Shown here piece by piece: positions 30,183-39,839 of a stretch of DNA of 64,000 bases. Where the stretch lies: contig JBPOFY010000010.1 in assembly GCA_051252375.1 (NCBI GenBank), positions 63,290 through 127,289 of the forward strand. The letters run 5' to 3'. Under the pieces are notes generated by a model that made no database searches, was not told where the DNA came from, and was given only the letters and a program-made list of their open reading frames with translations. Each line of letters starts with the position of its first letter. The stretch's first letter is position 1. Both the position numbers and the translations under genes were made by a program. This DNA is from Opitutaceae bacterium (GTDB taxonomy: Bacteria > Verrucomicrobiota > Verrucomicrobiia > Opitutales > Coraliomargaritaceae).

Positions 30183-31217
30183 TTACTGATTTTCTTTGTC
30201 AAAAGCCGCATCGAAAGCGACTTGGCTAGGAGAGAAGTCTAAGCGACGAGTAAAGGCGCAGGCCTCTGCCCCACCGTGAAAACGATCCATGCGACCATCT
30301 TCCCACTCAATTGAGAGCGGGCCCTGGTAAGCAACGTCGTTGAGTGCCACAATGACTTCTTCGAAGTTGATATCGCCGCGACCTGGAGAACGAAAATCCC
30401 AGAAACGACGTGCATCACCGAAATCGGTGTGACCACCGAATACACCAACATCGCCATTTCCGTGTCCCCACCATGCATCTTTAACGTGGCAGTGGAAAAT
30501 CCGATCACCGAACTCGCGAATAAACTTCACGTAATCCACACCTTGGTAACCGAGGTGGCTTGGGTCGTAATTAAAGCCGAAACGTGGGTGATGCTTAATC
30601 GCATCCAGCGCGGTCGCCGCACTAGCGATATCAAAAGCGATCTCAGTCGGGTGCACTTCAAGTCCGAAATATACATCCAGCTTTTCAAAAGCATCCATGA
30701 TCGGCGTCCAACGATCCGCGAAGTCTTGGAAGCCTGCTTCGATTTGCCCTGGTGCTACCGGCGGGAAAGAATAAATCAGGTGCCAAATCGATGAACCAGT
30801 AAAGCCATTGACCACAACACGCGCGGGTGCACCGCCTGGCTTGGCATCGAAGAATTTACGTGCAGCCTCAGCTGTGCGAATCATCTCCGCAGCGGCGCGT
30901 TGGCGCACACCTTCGGGATCACCATCACCCCAAATTTCGGGCGACAAAATGGCTTGGTGGCGTGCGTCAATATTATCGCAAACGGCTTGTCCAACAAGGT
31001 GCGTGCTAATCGCTTCGCAAGTCAGACCATTGGCTTCGAGCAGCGCCCACTTCTCAGCGATGTAATTCGGCTCAGTGAGCGCAGCGTTGACATCGAAATG
31101 ATCGCCCCAGCAAGCGAGCTCGACTCCATCGAAGCCCATCTCCTTAACTTTCGGCGCAAGTTCTGCGAGTGAAAGGTCGGCCCATTGGCCAGTGAATAAA
31201 GTAACTAGACGTGACAT
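30183..31217 (-). CDS. Sugar phosphate isomerase/epimerase (xylose-isomerase-like TIM barrel), cytoplasmic
   Basis: [35 protein letters not shown] metal-binding motifs. Confidence 0.93.
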   Translation of the reverse strand: MSRLVTLFTGQWADLSLAELAPKVKEMGFDGVELACWGDHFDVNAALTEPNYIAEKWALLEANGLTCEAISTHLVGQAVCDNIDARHQAILSPEIWGDGDPEGVRQRAAAEMIRTAEAARKFFDAKPGGAPARVVVNGFTGSSIWHLIYSFPPVAPGQIEAGFQDFADRWTPIMDAFEKLDVYFGLEVHPTEIAFDIASAATALDAIKHHPRFGFNYDPSHLGYQGVDYVKFIREFGDRIFHCHVKDAWWGHGNGDVGVFGGHTDFGDARRFWDFRSPGRGDINFEEVIVALNDVAYQGPLSIEWEDGRMDRFHGGAEACAFTRRLDFSPSQVAFDAAFDKENQ

Positions 31218-31258
31218 ATGTATTCTTAATTAGGTTAATATTTGAGTTTGAAAATGGT

Positions 31259-32440
31259 TTAGCGTTTCGGCCAGTCTTGTCGCTTAACGACCTCATTGAT
31301 GCGCGATAAGGCAGAGTAATTGTCCGGAAGGATTTTATGTTTCTGCATATACTGATATGCTTGGCGCAGATGAAGAAATGCGCCCTTCTGATCCTCGATA
31401 CTTCCTTTCGCGGCATTTTCATTATGCGCTAGAAAATCAGATACGATAGCATCAGCTTCAGCGCGTGCGCTCGCGTCTTGAGCATAAGCAAGTGACTCGT
31501 AGAGACGAAGCGCTTTGCTGACGCCCTGTTTGCTTGCAGCATCTTTACGGATGCCTGCTGCGATTTCCGTGCGCTTTGCCTGTGATGCTTCAGGAGCGAT
31601 ACGTCCATCAGTGCCACCATCGTATGCACGCGGACGCAATGGACGATACCAGATGTTCCGATAGCGGACCGGATTACCATGATCCTGTAGATGTAGTGAT
31701 CCCACATCAGGAAATACACGATCAAGAGGTTTGCGCGCCTTGAAGCCCCCACCTCCATCTAGCGGTGTGCTATCTTGAACAACCACTCCATTGCACAACA
31801 CCGTCATCGAACCTTGATCGATCACCTGACCATCACGCACAACAGGACGTCGGAAAATAATATCGTAACTCTGCCACTCTCCAGGAGCGCGCAGAGCATT
31901 TGCTGCCGGAGGCATCACGCCGTAAACCGCTCCTGCGGTGCCATCTGCGTAAGTGGGGTTCTCGTAGTTGTCCAAAACCTGCACCTCGATCTGCCCCATC
32001 AAGAAGACACCGCTATTACCACGTTGCTGGCTCACGCCATGCACCGGAGTCGGCGCCATCCATTCGATGTGTAATTGGCAGTCGCCAAATTCCTCTTTCG
32101 TGGCGATATAGCCAGAACCCGGTGCGCAGAGCAGCGTGCCATCTTCAACCAACCAATCGCGCTTGCGCTTGCCTTCAGGTTTTACATGTCGCCAATTATC
32201 GAAAGATGCCTGTGTGCCATCAAAGAGCACAACAGCATCTGACGGTGCACCACCGACAACAGCCGCTGGTTCCACCACCGTGGGTGTCGGACGATTTAAA
32301 TCGTGAACCGCCCAAGGATGTGCCTCATCAGGCGGATCACCAAAGAATGCACTATCAGCAAATACCGCCGTCCCCATGACCAAGGGCAACAGAGAAGCCA
32401 TAGTTAATAACCGAGAATACTTTCGTGTTAGTTTTTGCAT
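31259..32440 (-). CDS. DUF1080 (3-keto-glycoside hydrolase/hydratase-like) protein with C-terminal helical extension
   Basis: PSDAVVLFDG, FGDCQLHIEW, GNSGVFL, EVQVLD, LQDHGNPVRYRNIW; signal peptide. Confidence 0.92.
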   Translation of the reverse strand: MQKLTRKYSRLLTMASLLPLVMGTAVFADSAFFGDPPDEAHPWAVHDLNRPTPTVVEPAAVVGGAPSDAVVLFDGTQASFDNWRHVKPEGKRKRDWLVEDGTLLCAPGSGYIATKEEFGDCQLHIEWMAPTPVHGVSQQRGNSGVFLMGQIEVQVLDNYENPTYADGTAGAVYGVMPPAANALRAPGEWQSYDIIFRRPVVRDGQVIDQGSMTVLCNGVVVQDSTPLDGGGGFKARKPLDRVFPDVGSLHLQDHGNPVRYRNIWYRPLRPRAYDGGTDGRIAPEASQAKRTEIAAGIRKDAASKQGVSKALRLYESLAYAQDASARAEADAIVSDFLAHNENAAKGSIEDQKGAFLHLRQAYQYMQKHKILPDNYSALSRINEVVKRQDWPKR

Positions 32441-32513
32441 AAAGTTTTACCTCCTTTGTCGCTGATAAATTGATGGTATTGAATGCGATGGTTCATGTGT
32501 TTTCGGTAGAATG

Positions 32514-33146
32514 CTATTTTGACAATAGCTTAATCGCAGCGGCATTCTGATTCTGTTGAGCGATCGCAAGTGCAGTATCTCCATTCTTAGATATGACAGT
32601 CGGATCCACCTTGTGATCCAAAAGATATTGAACCATTTCAGCACTGGCACTCGCTGCTGCCTCGTGTAGCGGAGTGCCTCCTCGAGCGGAACGAGTTTCT
32701 ACATTCGCACCGCCTTCGACAAGCACCTGGGCCATGAGTAAACGGTTTTGAGCCGCAGCATGGTGCAAGGGAGTCCAGCCCACTTTATCTAGTTGGTCAG
32801 GATTCGCCTTAGCAGCCAACAAAGCCTTTGCCACTACAGGCATATCACGGTCCACACAAAGGTGCAACGGCGTGCGCATGCTGCTATCTGCAACATCAAC
32901 CGGTGCGCCCTCTTCGATCAGCAACACAGCAATTTTACTTTTCTTACGCAAGATCGCCTGATTGAGCGGAGTCAGTTTGGGATGCGCTCCGGATTTAAGT
33001 GAATCCGGATTAGCAACCAGATGAAGTTTCACATCCTCCAGATCACCTCGCGCAATTGCTTCATCGATCGATTTGTATTTAGGCGCATTCGCCCCAAAAC
33101 ACGTAGCAGTGAGCAAACAACAAATGACTGTGCAGAAACGAATCAT
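32514..33146 (-). CDS. Exported ankyrin-repeat protein
   Basis: TPLNQAI, TPLHLCV, TPLHHAA, TPLHEAA, TALAIA repeats; signal peptide. Confidence 0.93.
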   Translation of the reverse strand: MIRFCTVICCLLTATCFGANAPKYKSIDEAIARGDLEDVKLHLVANPDSLKSGAHPKLTPLNQAILRKKSKIAVLLIEEGAPVDVADSSMRTPLHLCVDRDMPVVAKALLAAKANPDQLDKVGWTPLHHAAAQNRLLMAQVLVEGGANVETRSARGGTPLHEAAASASAEMVQYLLDHKVDPTVISKNGDTALAIAQQNQNAAAIKLLSK

Positions 33147-33152
33147 GTATCT

Positions 33153-34334
33153 TTACGCAAACTCCGTCCAAGCACCATCATTCGCACTAGAAGCCACAGC
33201 TGCTTCGATAAAGGCTAGGCCGATTCGCCCATCTTCAACATTAGCATACTTTGAACCGTCGCAGTTAAAGGACTCGCCCGCTTTATAAGCGCGGACATCC
33301 ACTTCGAAATCACGGTGTAATCGTGCCAAGGCATCATGAAACGCCTCGCCGTGACCTGAAGGTAATGTGGGTTGCCCCATCAAATCGTCTGACAAATCTC
33401 CGAGGAAACCATCGTTGGCCGCCACCTCACCACGCCAATAGACGCGATCCGGTTGGCCGGGCAGCATGATCTTCAATGCTTCGGGCTCTTCTTGACGCCA
33501 AACAAGTGTGCCTTTGCTGCCGTTCACTTCGATACTCAGATCGTTCTTATGACCGATACAAATCTGTGATGCACGCACGAGTGCTTTCGCACCGTTGGAG
33601 AGCTCACAGTAGGTAGTAAAGTGATCATCCAATGAACGCCCTTCAACTATGACTTCAAGTCGAGCTGAAAGCTTGTTTACATCAAGACCAGTCACGTAGC
33701 GCAACTGCATCAGCGCATGTGTGCCGATATCGCCACCGCAATTGGACGCACCTGTCTTAGCTGGATCGGCACGCCATTCGGCTTGCTGGATACCTTCGTC
33801 CTCAGCCTTACCTGCAAGCCAACCTTGAATGTAGGAAGAATCCACCCAACGCACGTCACCGATCAAACCACTTTGCACAATATGTCGGCTCAAGCGAGTG
33901 CTCCAGTGCCCGAGGTATGTATGCGCCACTGCGAACGGCACTTTGTGTTTTGCAACAGCTGCTGCCAATTTCTCTGCTTCTGCGAGATTAAGCGTGAGCG
34001 GCTTTTCGCAAAAAACAGGAATGCCCGCTTCGACTGCCTTCAATGCAGGCGCAAAGTGCGCATGATTCGGCGTCACGACGACGACATAGTCCAATTGCTC
34101 TTCAGCAGGCAGGTCTTGCTGCGCATCGATCATTTCGTCGAAGCTTGCGTATCCTTTGATCGGATACGGCCAGTTCGCCGCATCTTCAATGGCAGCTTCG
34201 GGATTACTCCGCAAAGCTGCTGCAGTGACCCGGCGTGTTCCGTCGAAGTGAATCGCCTTTTGGTGTGGGTGCGCAAAAAACGCACCGCCACCACCGCCGA
34301 TAAGACCAACATTTAATGTGCGTGGGGAACTCAT
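33153..34334 (-). CDS. Cytoplasmic Gfo/Idh/MocA oxidoreductase
   Basis: IGGGGGAFF, TPNHAH, CEKPL, GDIGTH; no export signal. Confidence 0.95.
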   Translation of the reverse strand: MSSPRTLNVGLIGGGGGAFFAHPHQKAIHFDGTRRVTAAALRSNPEAAIEDAANWPYPIKGYASFDEMIDAQQDLPAEEQLDYVVVVTPNHAHFAPALKAVEAGIPVFCEKPLTLNLAEAEKLAAAVAKHKVPFAVAHTYLGHWSTRLSRHIVQSGLIGDVRWVDSSYIQGWLAGKAEDEGIQQAEWRADPAKTGASNCGGDIGTHALMQLRYVTGLDVNKLSARLEVIVEGRSLDDHFTTYCELSNGAKALVRASQICIGHKNDLSIEVNGSKGTLVWRQEEPEALKIMLPGQPDRVYWRGEVAANDGFLGDLSDDLMGQPTLPSGHGEAFHDALARLHRDFEVDVRAYKAGESFNCDGSKYANVEDGRIGLAFIEAAVASSANDGAWTEFA

Positions 34335-34356
34335 ATAATAAAACTCCTGTTAATGA

Positions 34357-35913
34357 TTAATGGGCGCCTTCACCAAGAACCTTAGGCTTATAACCGCCCT
34401 TAGATTTAAAGAAGAGGATCAGGCCGACATATGCGACAAACATGAACATCGGGAAGATTGCCATCTTAGCTAGAGCTCCTTGCGTTTCTCTTTCAACGAT
34501 AGCAGTTGCTTCAGCCTTCGCCTCTTCAGGCAAGCTAGCAAGTGCGACTCCATCTACGGCCTCATAGTGTCCGAGGAAATAGTCGTTCTCAGACTTCACC
34601 TGCTCGTAGACCGCCGGCAACTCTTCTTCGAGTGCAGAAGTCACGGAACTCTCTTGGAGGAATCCAATGAATGGTCCACCGAGGATACCGACCGTCAACA
34701 TCCCGATACCCGCAATAGCATTGATCGTTAAAGCGCCACCCTTAGGTGTTTGTTCGGCTACAACACCAATCATGGTTGGCCAGAAGTAAGTCTTGGCGAC
34801 CCCGTAAATAGTTGCAGCGAAGAAGATGGCGATCACCGCAGTGGCAAACGAGAGCAGATAAAGCCCGACAACCGCAAGACCCGCACACAATGTGAGCAAA
34901 CCTAGAGGACCAAATTTCTTAATTACAGGACCTGCATTGAAACGCAGCACCATCATGATGAAAGAGGTATAAATAAGCACCCAAGTTGGATCAAAACCAG
35001 CGGCATGCATTGGCTTTTCCATAAGTGCTGAAATCCATCCATCTGTGCCAAGCTCTGTCGTGGCAAGTGGCATCATGATGATCACCAAAACAAGTAAAAG
35101 CGGGTTGCCGAATGAACGGCAATAGATGGTATAACCAATAACAGATACAGCAACCAAAGCCCACGAGATCATGTCAGACCAACCGAAGACACCTCCGAGC
35201 TGGAAGAAGATTAAATAGAACGCAATAAAAGAACCAGCAGTGCCCAACTCAGCGAGCATTTCACGGTAGCTTGAACCAGCAGCCACACGTTCGTTAACCG
35301 GGAATTTAACCCGTGACAGCATTACCAAGTAAACAAATGCAGGTAAGAACATGATACCGATCAAGATACGCCAGTCACTTGCGACAACACCACCCAATGC
35401 AATGGCCAAGATACCACCAAGAATCAAACCACCGGGCCAGCCAGCATGCAGAATATTGAGCCACTTGGACTTCTCGTCTTTAAAGAGTGTCGCGACGACG
35501 GGGTTAATAAATGCTTCCACTGTGCCGTTACCGAGGCCGAGTATCACGGAGCCCCAATATAGATAATTCCAAGCCTTGGCTTGTGCTGCAGCTAAGTCAG
35601 AAACGTCACCATTGACGATTCCATAAGCCATGACCGCAAGCGCACCAAAGACTGCATAGCAGCCAAAACTAAAATACATCGCGAATTTGTATCCAACGCG
35701 ATCGATGATCAAACTGAAGAGAATAATACTAATCGCGAAAGGCCAGATACCCGCGCCGAATAGCACGCCACCTTGCACTTTATCTAAACCGAATTGCTCG
35801 GGCCAGATGCCGCTATTGATCAAAATGGCACGGATAATGAATGCCATCGAAGTAGTAATCAGGGCTATAAATGAGCCCCAGAAGACGAGTTTGTCGTTTT
35901 TAGTGTGTTCCAT
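34357..35913 (-). CDS. MFS sugar transporter
   Basis: IIDRVGYK loop motif, GNGTVEAFINP, WLNILHAGWPGG; about 12 TM helices. Confidence 0.92.
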   Translation of the reverse strand: MEHTKNDKLVFWGSFIALITTSMAFIIRAILINSGIWPEQFGLDKVQGGVLFGAGIWPFAISIILFSLIIDRVGYKFAMYFSFGCYAVFGALAVMAYGIVNGDVSDLAAAQAKAWNYLYWGSVILGLGNGTVEAFINPVVATLFKDEKSKWLNILHAGWPGGLILGGILAIALGGVVASDWRILIGIMFLPAFVYLVMLSRVKFPVNERVAAGSSYREMLAELGTAGSFIAFYLIFFQLGGVFGWSDMISWALVAVSVIGYTIYCRSFGNPLLLVLVIIMMPLATTELGTDGWISALMEKPMHAAGFDPTWVLIYTSFIMMVLRFNAGPVIKKFGPLGLLTLCAGLAVVGLYLLSFATAVIAIFFAATIYGVAKTYFWPTMIGVVAEQTPKGGALTINAIAGIGMLTVGILGGPFIGFLQESSVTSALEEELPAVYEQVKSENDYFLGHYEAVDGVALASLPEEAKAEATAIVERETQGALAKMAIFPMFMFVAYVGLILFFKSKGGYKPKVLGEGAH

Positions 35914-35936
35914 GTTATTATGTGTATGTGGGTAGT

Positions 35937-36758
35937 TTAAACTTTTGAAAAAAGCACGACGCCTGATGTGGCGCTGCGTCGTTTGGGTTTTGTATCACCG
36001 AAACGGCGACGGTATTTAAGAGGTGTGATCTTGAGCTCTAAACGAAATGCGCGGGTCATATTGGTTTGATCATTAAAACCGCATTCGACCGCGATTTTTG
36101 ATAAGTCTGTGTCCGTGCTACGTAGAAGTGCACAGGCTGCATTCAAACGCGTTTTCTGTAAATACATAAGCGGCGTGAGTCCAAAGATCTTGCGAAACAG
36201 ACGCTCTTGCTTGCTCACTGAAATCCCGCCGATCTTCGCCATGTCCGCAGTGGAGAGTTTTTCCCGATAATGCGCTCGAACATGATCAACAATCAAATGC
36301 ATCTCCGGATGATCTGAATACACCGCATCCGTGTCTCGGATAATACGTGCAACGCCGGCAAGACCAACGATCGCACCTTTAGAATCACAAAGCGGCATTT
36401 TAGTCGTGCATAACCAGTCGAGCGATCCATCCGCGGATGGCACGAGCTCGATCTTATCGGAAATGGCTATGCCTGTTTCCAACACAGACCTGTCATCTTC
36501 ATAGAAAGCGTCTGCCAAAAAATCGGGGCTGTAATCGTAGTCCGTCTTCCCGATTAAACCTTCAACTGAAGACTCCCCAAGTGTGCGCGCAAAACTCAAG
36601 CTCCCCCCCATGAATCGGCTGTCTGCATCCTTAACAAAATAATAGGCCCCGGGAATAGCATCAAACAGCGCATCCATCAACTGACCTGGACGGAGCGACG
36701 CAAGGAACGCCTGCTGACTTTCGAGCAGACTGCCTTCTGTGGGGTATTTGGGCAACAT
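35937..36758 (-). CDS. AraC-family regulator with N-terminal PAS-like domain
   Basis: YFVKDADSRF...LIGKTDYD PAS pattern; IAVECGFNDQTNMTRAFR...TPLKYR HTH. Confidence 0.93.
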   Translation of the reverse strand: MLPKYPTEGSLLESQQAFLASLRPGQLMDALFDAIPGAYYFVKDADSRFMGGSLSFARTLGESSVEGLIGKTDYDYSPDFLADAFYEDDRSVLETGIAISDKIELVPSADGSLDWLCTTKMPLCDSKGAIVGLAGVARIIRDTDAVYSDHPEMHLIVDHVRAHYREKLSTADMAKIGGISVSKQERLFRKIFGLTPLMYLQKTRLNAACALLRSTDTDLSKIAVECGFNDQTNMTRAFRLELKITPLKYRRRFGDTKPKRRSATSGVVLFSKV

Positions 36759-36994
36759 GTGCCAGCAAACAACTTAAATTGACGATATTTGACAAGAATA
36801 ATTTTCGAAAAATCCTTCAATTCGCGCACAGACCTAGCAGGAATACATCACTAAAAGCTGTATATTAGCGAGTTAAGGAACATTCCTAAATCGAACGACA
36901 CAAATAGACCTCAAGAGAAACCAAATCCAACCTGTCGATATTTGAATAAACTACCACGTATTCACGTGATCATTTCAAGACAGCTGCCCTCCCC

Positions 36995-38209
36995 TTAAGC
37001 GGGAGCGATTGATTTCAAGTTGATCGGGTTTTTCATGATCGAATCAAACACAGTCGCCAAGCAACCCTGGATCTGATCTTCGCCGGCAGCATTCACCAAC
37101 ACCTCCAACGGCTCAGCCATGTATGGCAACGTGTTTGCGAAGATCGCATCTTTGATTTGCGGCTCCGCGATCTTCATCAACTGCCCCATACGCCCACCAA
37201 TCACAATCATCGATGGATTAAAAGTTTCAACCAACCTTGCAGCGCCAGCACCTAGCTGCGCGCCGACCTCATTCAAAACCTTCAGCACGACAGGATCGCC
37301 TGACTTGGCCTTCTCCAAAATTAAACCAATCCAATCAACCCCAGCACCAACCTTACTCGGAATGGTGACTCCTGCAGATATCAGCTTTCGCTTCACAGCT
37401 GATGCGCCGATCTCAGTCACCCAACAACCTAGTTTACCGCAACCACAGCGAACACCGTTGTCCATGAAATGCGTATGACCGACCTGCCCCGCGAAGCCTT
37501 GCTTGCCGCGCAAAAGAACACCGTCGACAATTACACCCGCAGCAAGGCCGACACCGAGACTCAGATAAATCAAATTACGAACCCCCGGACGCGGACCGAA
37601 GTGATGCACGCCGATTGCACCAGCATGCGCTTCATTCTCAACATAGACCGGCAGTTTATAACGCGCTTCCCACGTCGCTTTGAGCGGCACATGCTCCCAA
37701 CCGGAGGTGGGACCATATGAAAGCTCACCAATATCGCGATTCACTAGACCTGCCAACGCGACACAAATCCCCTGGCATGGCAAATCCCTCAAAGAAGAGA
37801 TTTCAAGCGCCTGCTCAACCAGCTCAGCAACAGGCAACAAGCTCTCCTCCGGCCCCATACCAGACAATAAAGGTAATCGCACGCTCCAGAGCACTTCCTG
37901 TCCAACATTCGAAAGCACAACCGAGACGTAATCAAGATTCACATCCACTGCGATCATCGAACCGCAATTCGGATTTAAATTTAATAGCAAGCCCGGCCGC
38001 CCGGCACCGCCCAAATCCAGCTCAGTCTCATTAACAATCGATAAGTCCAGCAACACACTCACAATATTTGAGATCGTCGCCCGAGTCAGCCCGAGGCTTG
38101 CTGCAATCTGCGCACGCGACATCGGACCATTCAGTTTTAGCTGTTGCAGCACATTCACTGCATTCAACCAGCGAATATCACTCCTATCATAGCGTTGCTT
38201 CCGTATCAT
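36995..38209 (-). CDS. ROK-family transcriptional repressor
   Basis: N-terminal HTH (MSRAQIAASLGLTRATISNIV), GRPG, VENEAH, GFAGQVGH, CGCGKLGC zinc motif. Confidence 0.95.
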   Translation of the reverse strand: MIRKQRYDRSDIRWLNAVNVLQQLKLNGPMSRAQIAASLGLTRATISNIVSVLLDLSIVNETELDLGGAGRPGLLLNLNPNCGSMIAVDVNLDYVSVVLSNVGQEVLWSVRLPLLSGMGPEESLLPVAELVEQALEISSLRDLPCQGICVALAGLVNRDIGELSYGPTSGWEHVPLKATWEARYKLPVYVENEAHAGAIGVHHFGPRPGVRNLIYLSLGVGLAAGVIVDGVLLRGKQGFAGQVGHTHFMDNGVRCGCGKLGCWVTEIGASAVKRKLISAGVTIPSKVGAGVDWIGLILEKAKSGDPVVLKVLNEVGAQLGAGAARLVETFNPSMIVIGGRMGQLMKIAEPQIKDAIFANTLPYMAEPLEVLVNAAGEDQIQGCLATVFDSIMKNPINLKSIAPA

Positions 38210-38256
38210 TGTGAGCTAAAGACCTCTTTTCGCTTGCTTTTGCAAGCAGCATACCG

Positions 38257-38281
38257 TCTTTGTTTACTTAATAAACTTAGC
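38257..38281. promoter_or_regulatory. Putative ROK operator in divergent promoter
   Basis: TCTTTGTTTACTTAATAAACTTAGC (core GTTTA-N5-TAAAC); overlaps a candidate TTGCAA-17-TTTACT promoter (38240-38268); adjacent to the ROK gene. Confidence 0.65.
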
Positions 38282-38341
38282 ATTTCAAGGCACAATTTCA
38301 GGCGTTGCTGTCTACTGTATGGAGCCTCCAAATACATTATT

Positions 38342-39823
38342 ATGAAAAAACCCATCCCCCACGTCTCTAGACGGACATTCCTCAAGTCCTCTGCCGCATT
38401 CGGCGCACTCACAGTATTGCCATCCTATGTGGTGCTCGGCAACAAATCATCTACCGGCATAGCGCCGAGTGAACGTATTAATCTTGCTGCGATCGGCGTC
38501 GGCAACCGTGGCGGCGGCGTGCTCAAAACGATGTATGACACCGGTCTCTGCAATGTCGTCGCTCTGTGTGATATCGACATGGGCGGCGCGCACACCCATG
38601 AGAATCGCTACCGCTTCGGTCTTACGGACAAGGCACCTGCCACCAAGAAAGGCGTGACCGTCGATCGCGCGCCCTACAAAGCACGAGGCTTTACTGATTT
38701 CCGTAAGATGCTTGAAGAAATGGGCGATGAGATCGATGCCGTCCTCGTTGGCACACCCGACCACTCTCACTTCGCGGCCTGTATGTTAGCGATGTCGCTT
38801 GGTAAACATGTCTACGTTGAAAAACCGCTGGCGCATACTTTCGGTCAAGCTGCTCGCATGATGGACCTCGCCGAACGCTCCGGCGTCGCGACTCAAATGG
38901 GCAACCAAGGTCACTCTGGCGGTAATTACTTCCAGTTCAAAGCATGGACTGAAGCGGGCATCATCAAGGATGTCACACGCATCAAAGCTTACATGAACCG
39001 TTCCCGCAGATGGCATGGTTGGGGGCAAGATACAACAGAGTTTCCGGTCGATCCTATGCCAGACTATATTGATTGGGATCAATGGCATGCTACCGTTGCG
39101 ACTAAAGCACCTTTTAGTAAAAGGCTGCACCCTGCCGAATGGCGCAGTTGGTTCGATTTTGGTAGCGGTGCATTCGGCGACTGGGGTCCACACATCCTAG
39201 ACACTTGCCACGAGTTCCTGCAGCTAGGGCTTCCACACACGATCAGTGCCGACCTCCTACAAGGACCGAACAAATTCGTCTTCCCACAAGCATCCACTAT
39301 ACGCTTCGATTTCGCCGAACGCGGTCCTGGTCTGCCCGCCTGTAATGTGACTTGGCAGGATGGTGTCGATAACACTCCGGTTCTCGAAGAAGAATATTTC
39401 AATCAAGAAACGAATAAGCTAACAGGAAAAACTGAACTGGTCGCACCGAAGTTAAATACCCACGGCAAGATCATTTACTCCAAAGATTTTGTTTTCCAAG
39501 GTGGCTCACATTCGGATGTGCTCACGATACTTCCAAAAGAAAAGTATCTGGATGTTCGCCGCACACTGCCGACCTTCTCGCAAAAGAATTCTGACCACTA
39601 CACAAACTTCCTGCTCAGTTGTAAGGGCGAAGAAACAACACGCTCACCGTTCAGCGTGAGCGGACCTCTTTGCCAAGTATTCAATCTCGGCGTGATTGCA
39701 CAGCGCTTAGGAGGTGAACTAAAGTTCGATGCCAAGAGTCAAACGATTACCAACAACAAGGCAGCTCAAGCCCTACTCGATCCCGCACCACGCAAGGGTT
39801 GGGAAGAGTTTTACAAAATGTAG
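38342..39823 (+). CDS. Tat-exported Gfo/Idh/MocA oxidoreductase
   Basis: Start moved to ATG 38342 (MKKPIPHVSRRTFLK); IGVGNRG, TPDHSH, YVEKPL, GDWGPHILD. Confidence 0.95.
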   Translation: MKKPIPHVSRRTFLKSSAAFGALTVLPSYVVLGNKSSTGIAPSERINLAAIGVGNRGGGVLKTMYDTGLCNVVALCDIDMGGAHTHENRYRFGLTDKAPATKKGVTVDRAPYKARGFTDFRKMLEEMGDEIDAVLVGTPDHSHFAACMLAMSLGKHVYVEKPLAHTFGQAARMMDLAERSGVATQMGNQGHSGGNYFQFKAWTEAGIIKDVTRIKAYMNRSRRWHGWGQDTTEFPVDPMPDYIDWDQWHATVATKAPFSKRLHPAEWRSWFDFGSGAFGDWGPHILDTCHEFLQLGLPHTISADLLQGPNKFVFPQASTIRFDFAERGPGLPACNVTWQDGVDNTPVLEEEYFNQETNKLTGKTELVAPKLNTHGKIIYSKDFVFQGGSHSDVLTILPKEKYLDVRRTLPTFSQKNSDHYTNFLLSCKGEETTRSPFSVSGPLCQVFNLGVIAQRLGGELKFDAKSQTITNNKAAQALLDPAPRKGWEEFYKM

Positions 39824-39839
39824 CCCTAATAATTGTATC

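Noticed and set aside
36748..36766. TGGCAC-ATG-TTGC on the minus strand resembling a sigma-54 promoter
   Set aside because: GG-to-GC spacing is 8, not the required 10, and it spans the AraC start codon.
38232..38247. GCTTGC-TTTT-GCAAGC palindrome in the ROK divergent promoter
   Set aside because: Short and not repeated elsewhere; may simply reflect back-to-back -35 elements.
38144..38341. Longest-ORF N-terminal extensions (also 39729, 18935, 52637, 59438)
   Set aside because: Most overlap neighbouring genes or promoters; downstream ATGs give proper signal or Tat peptides.
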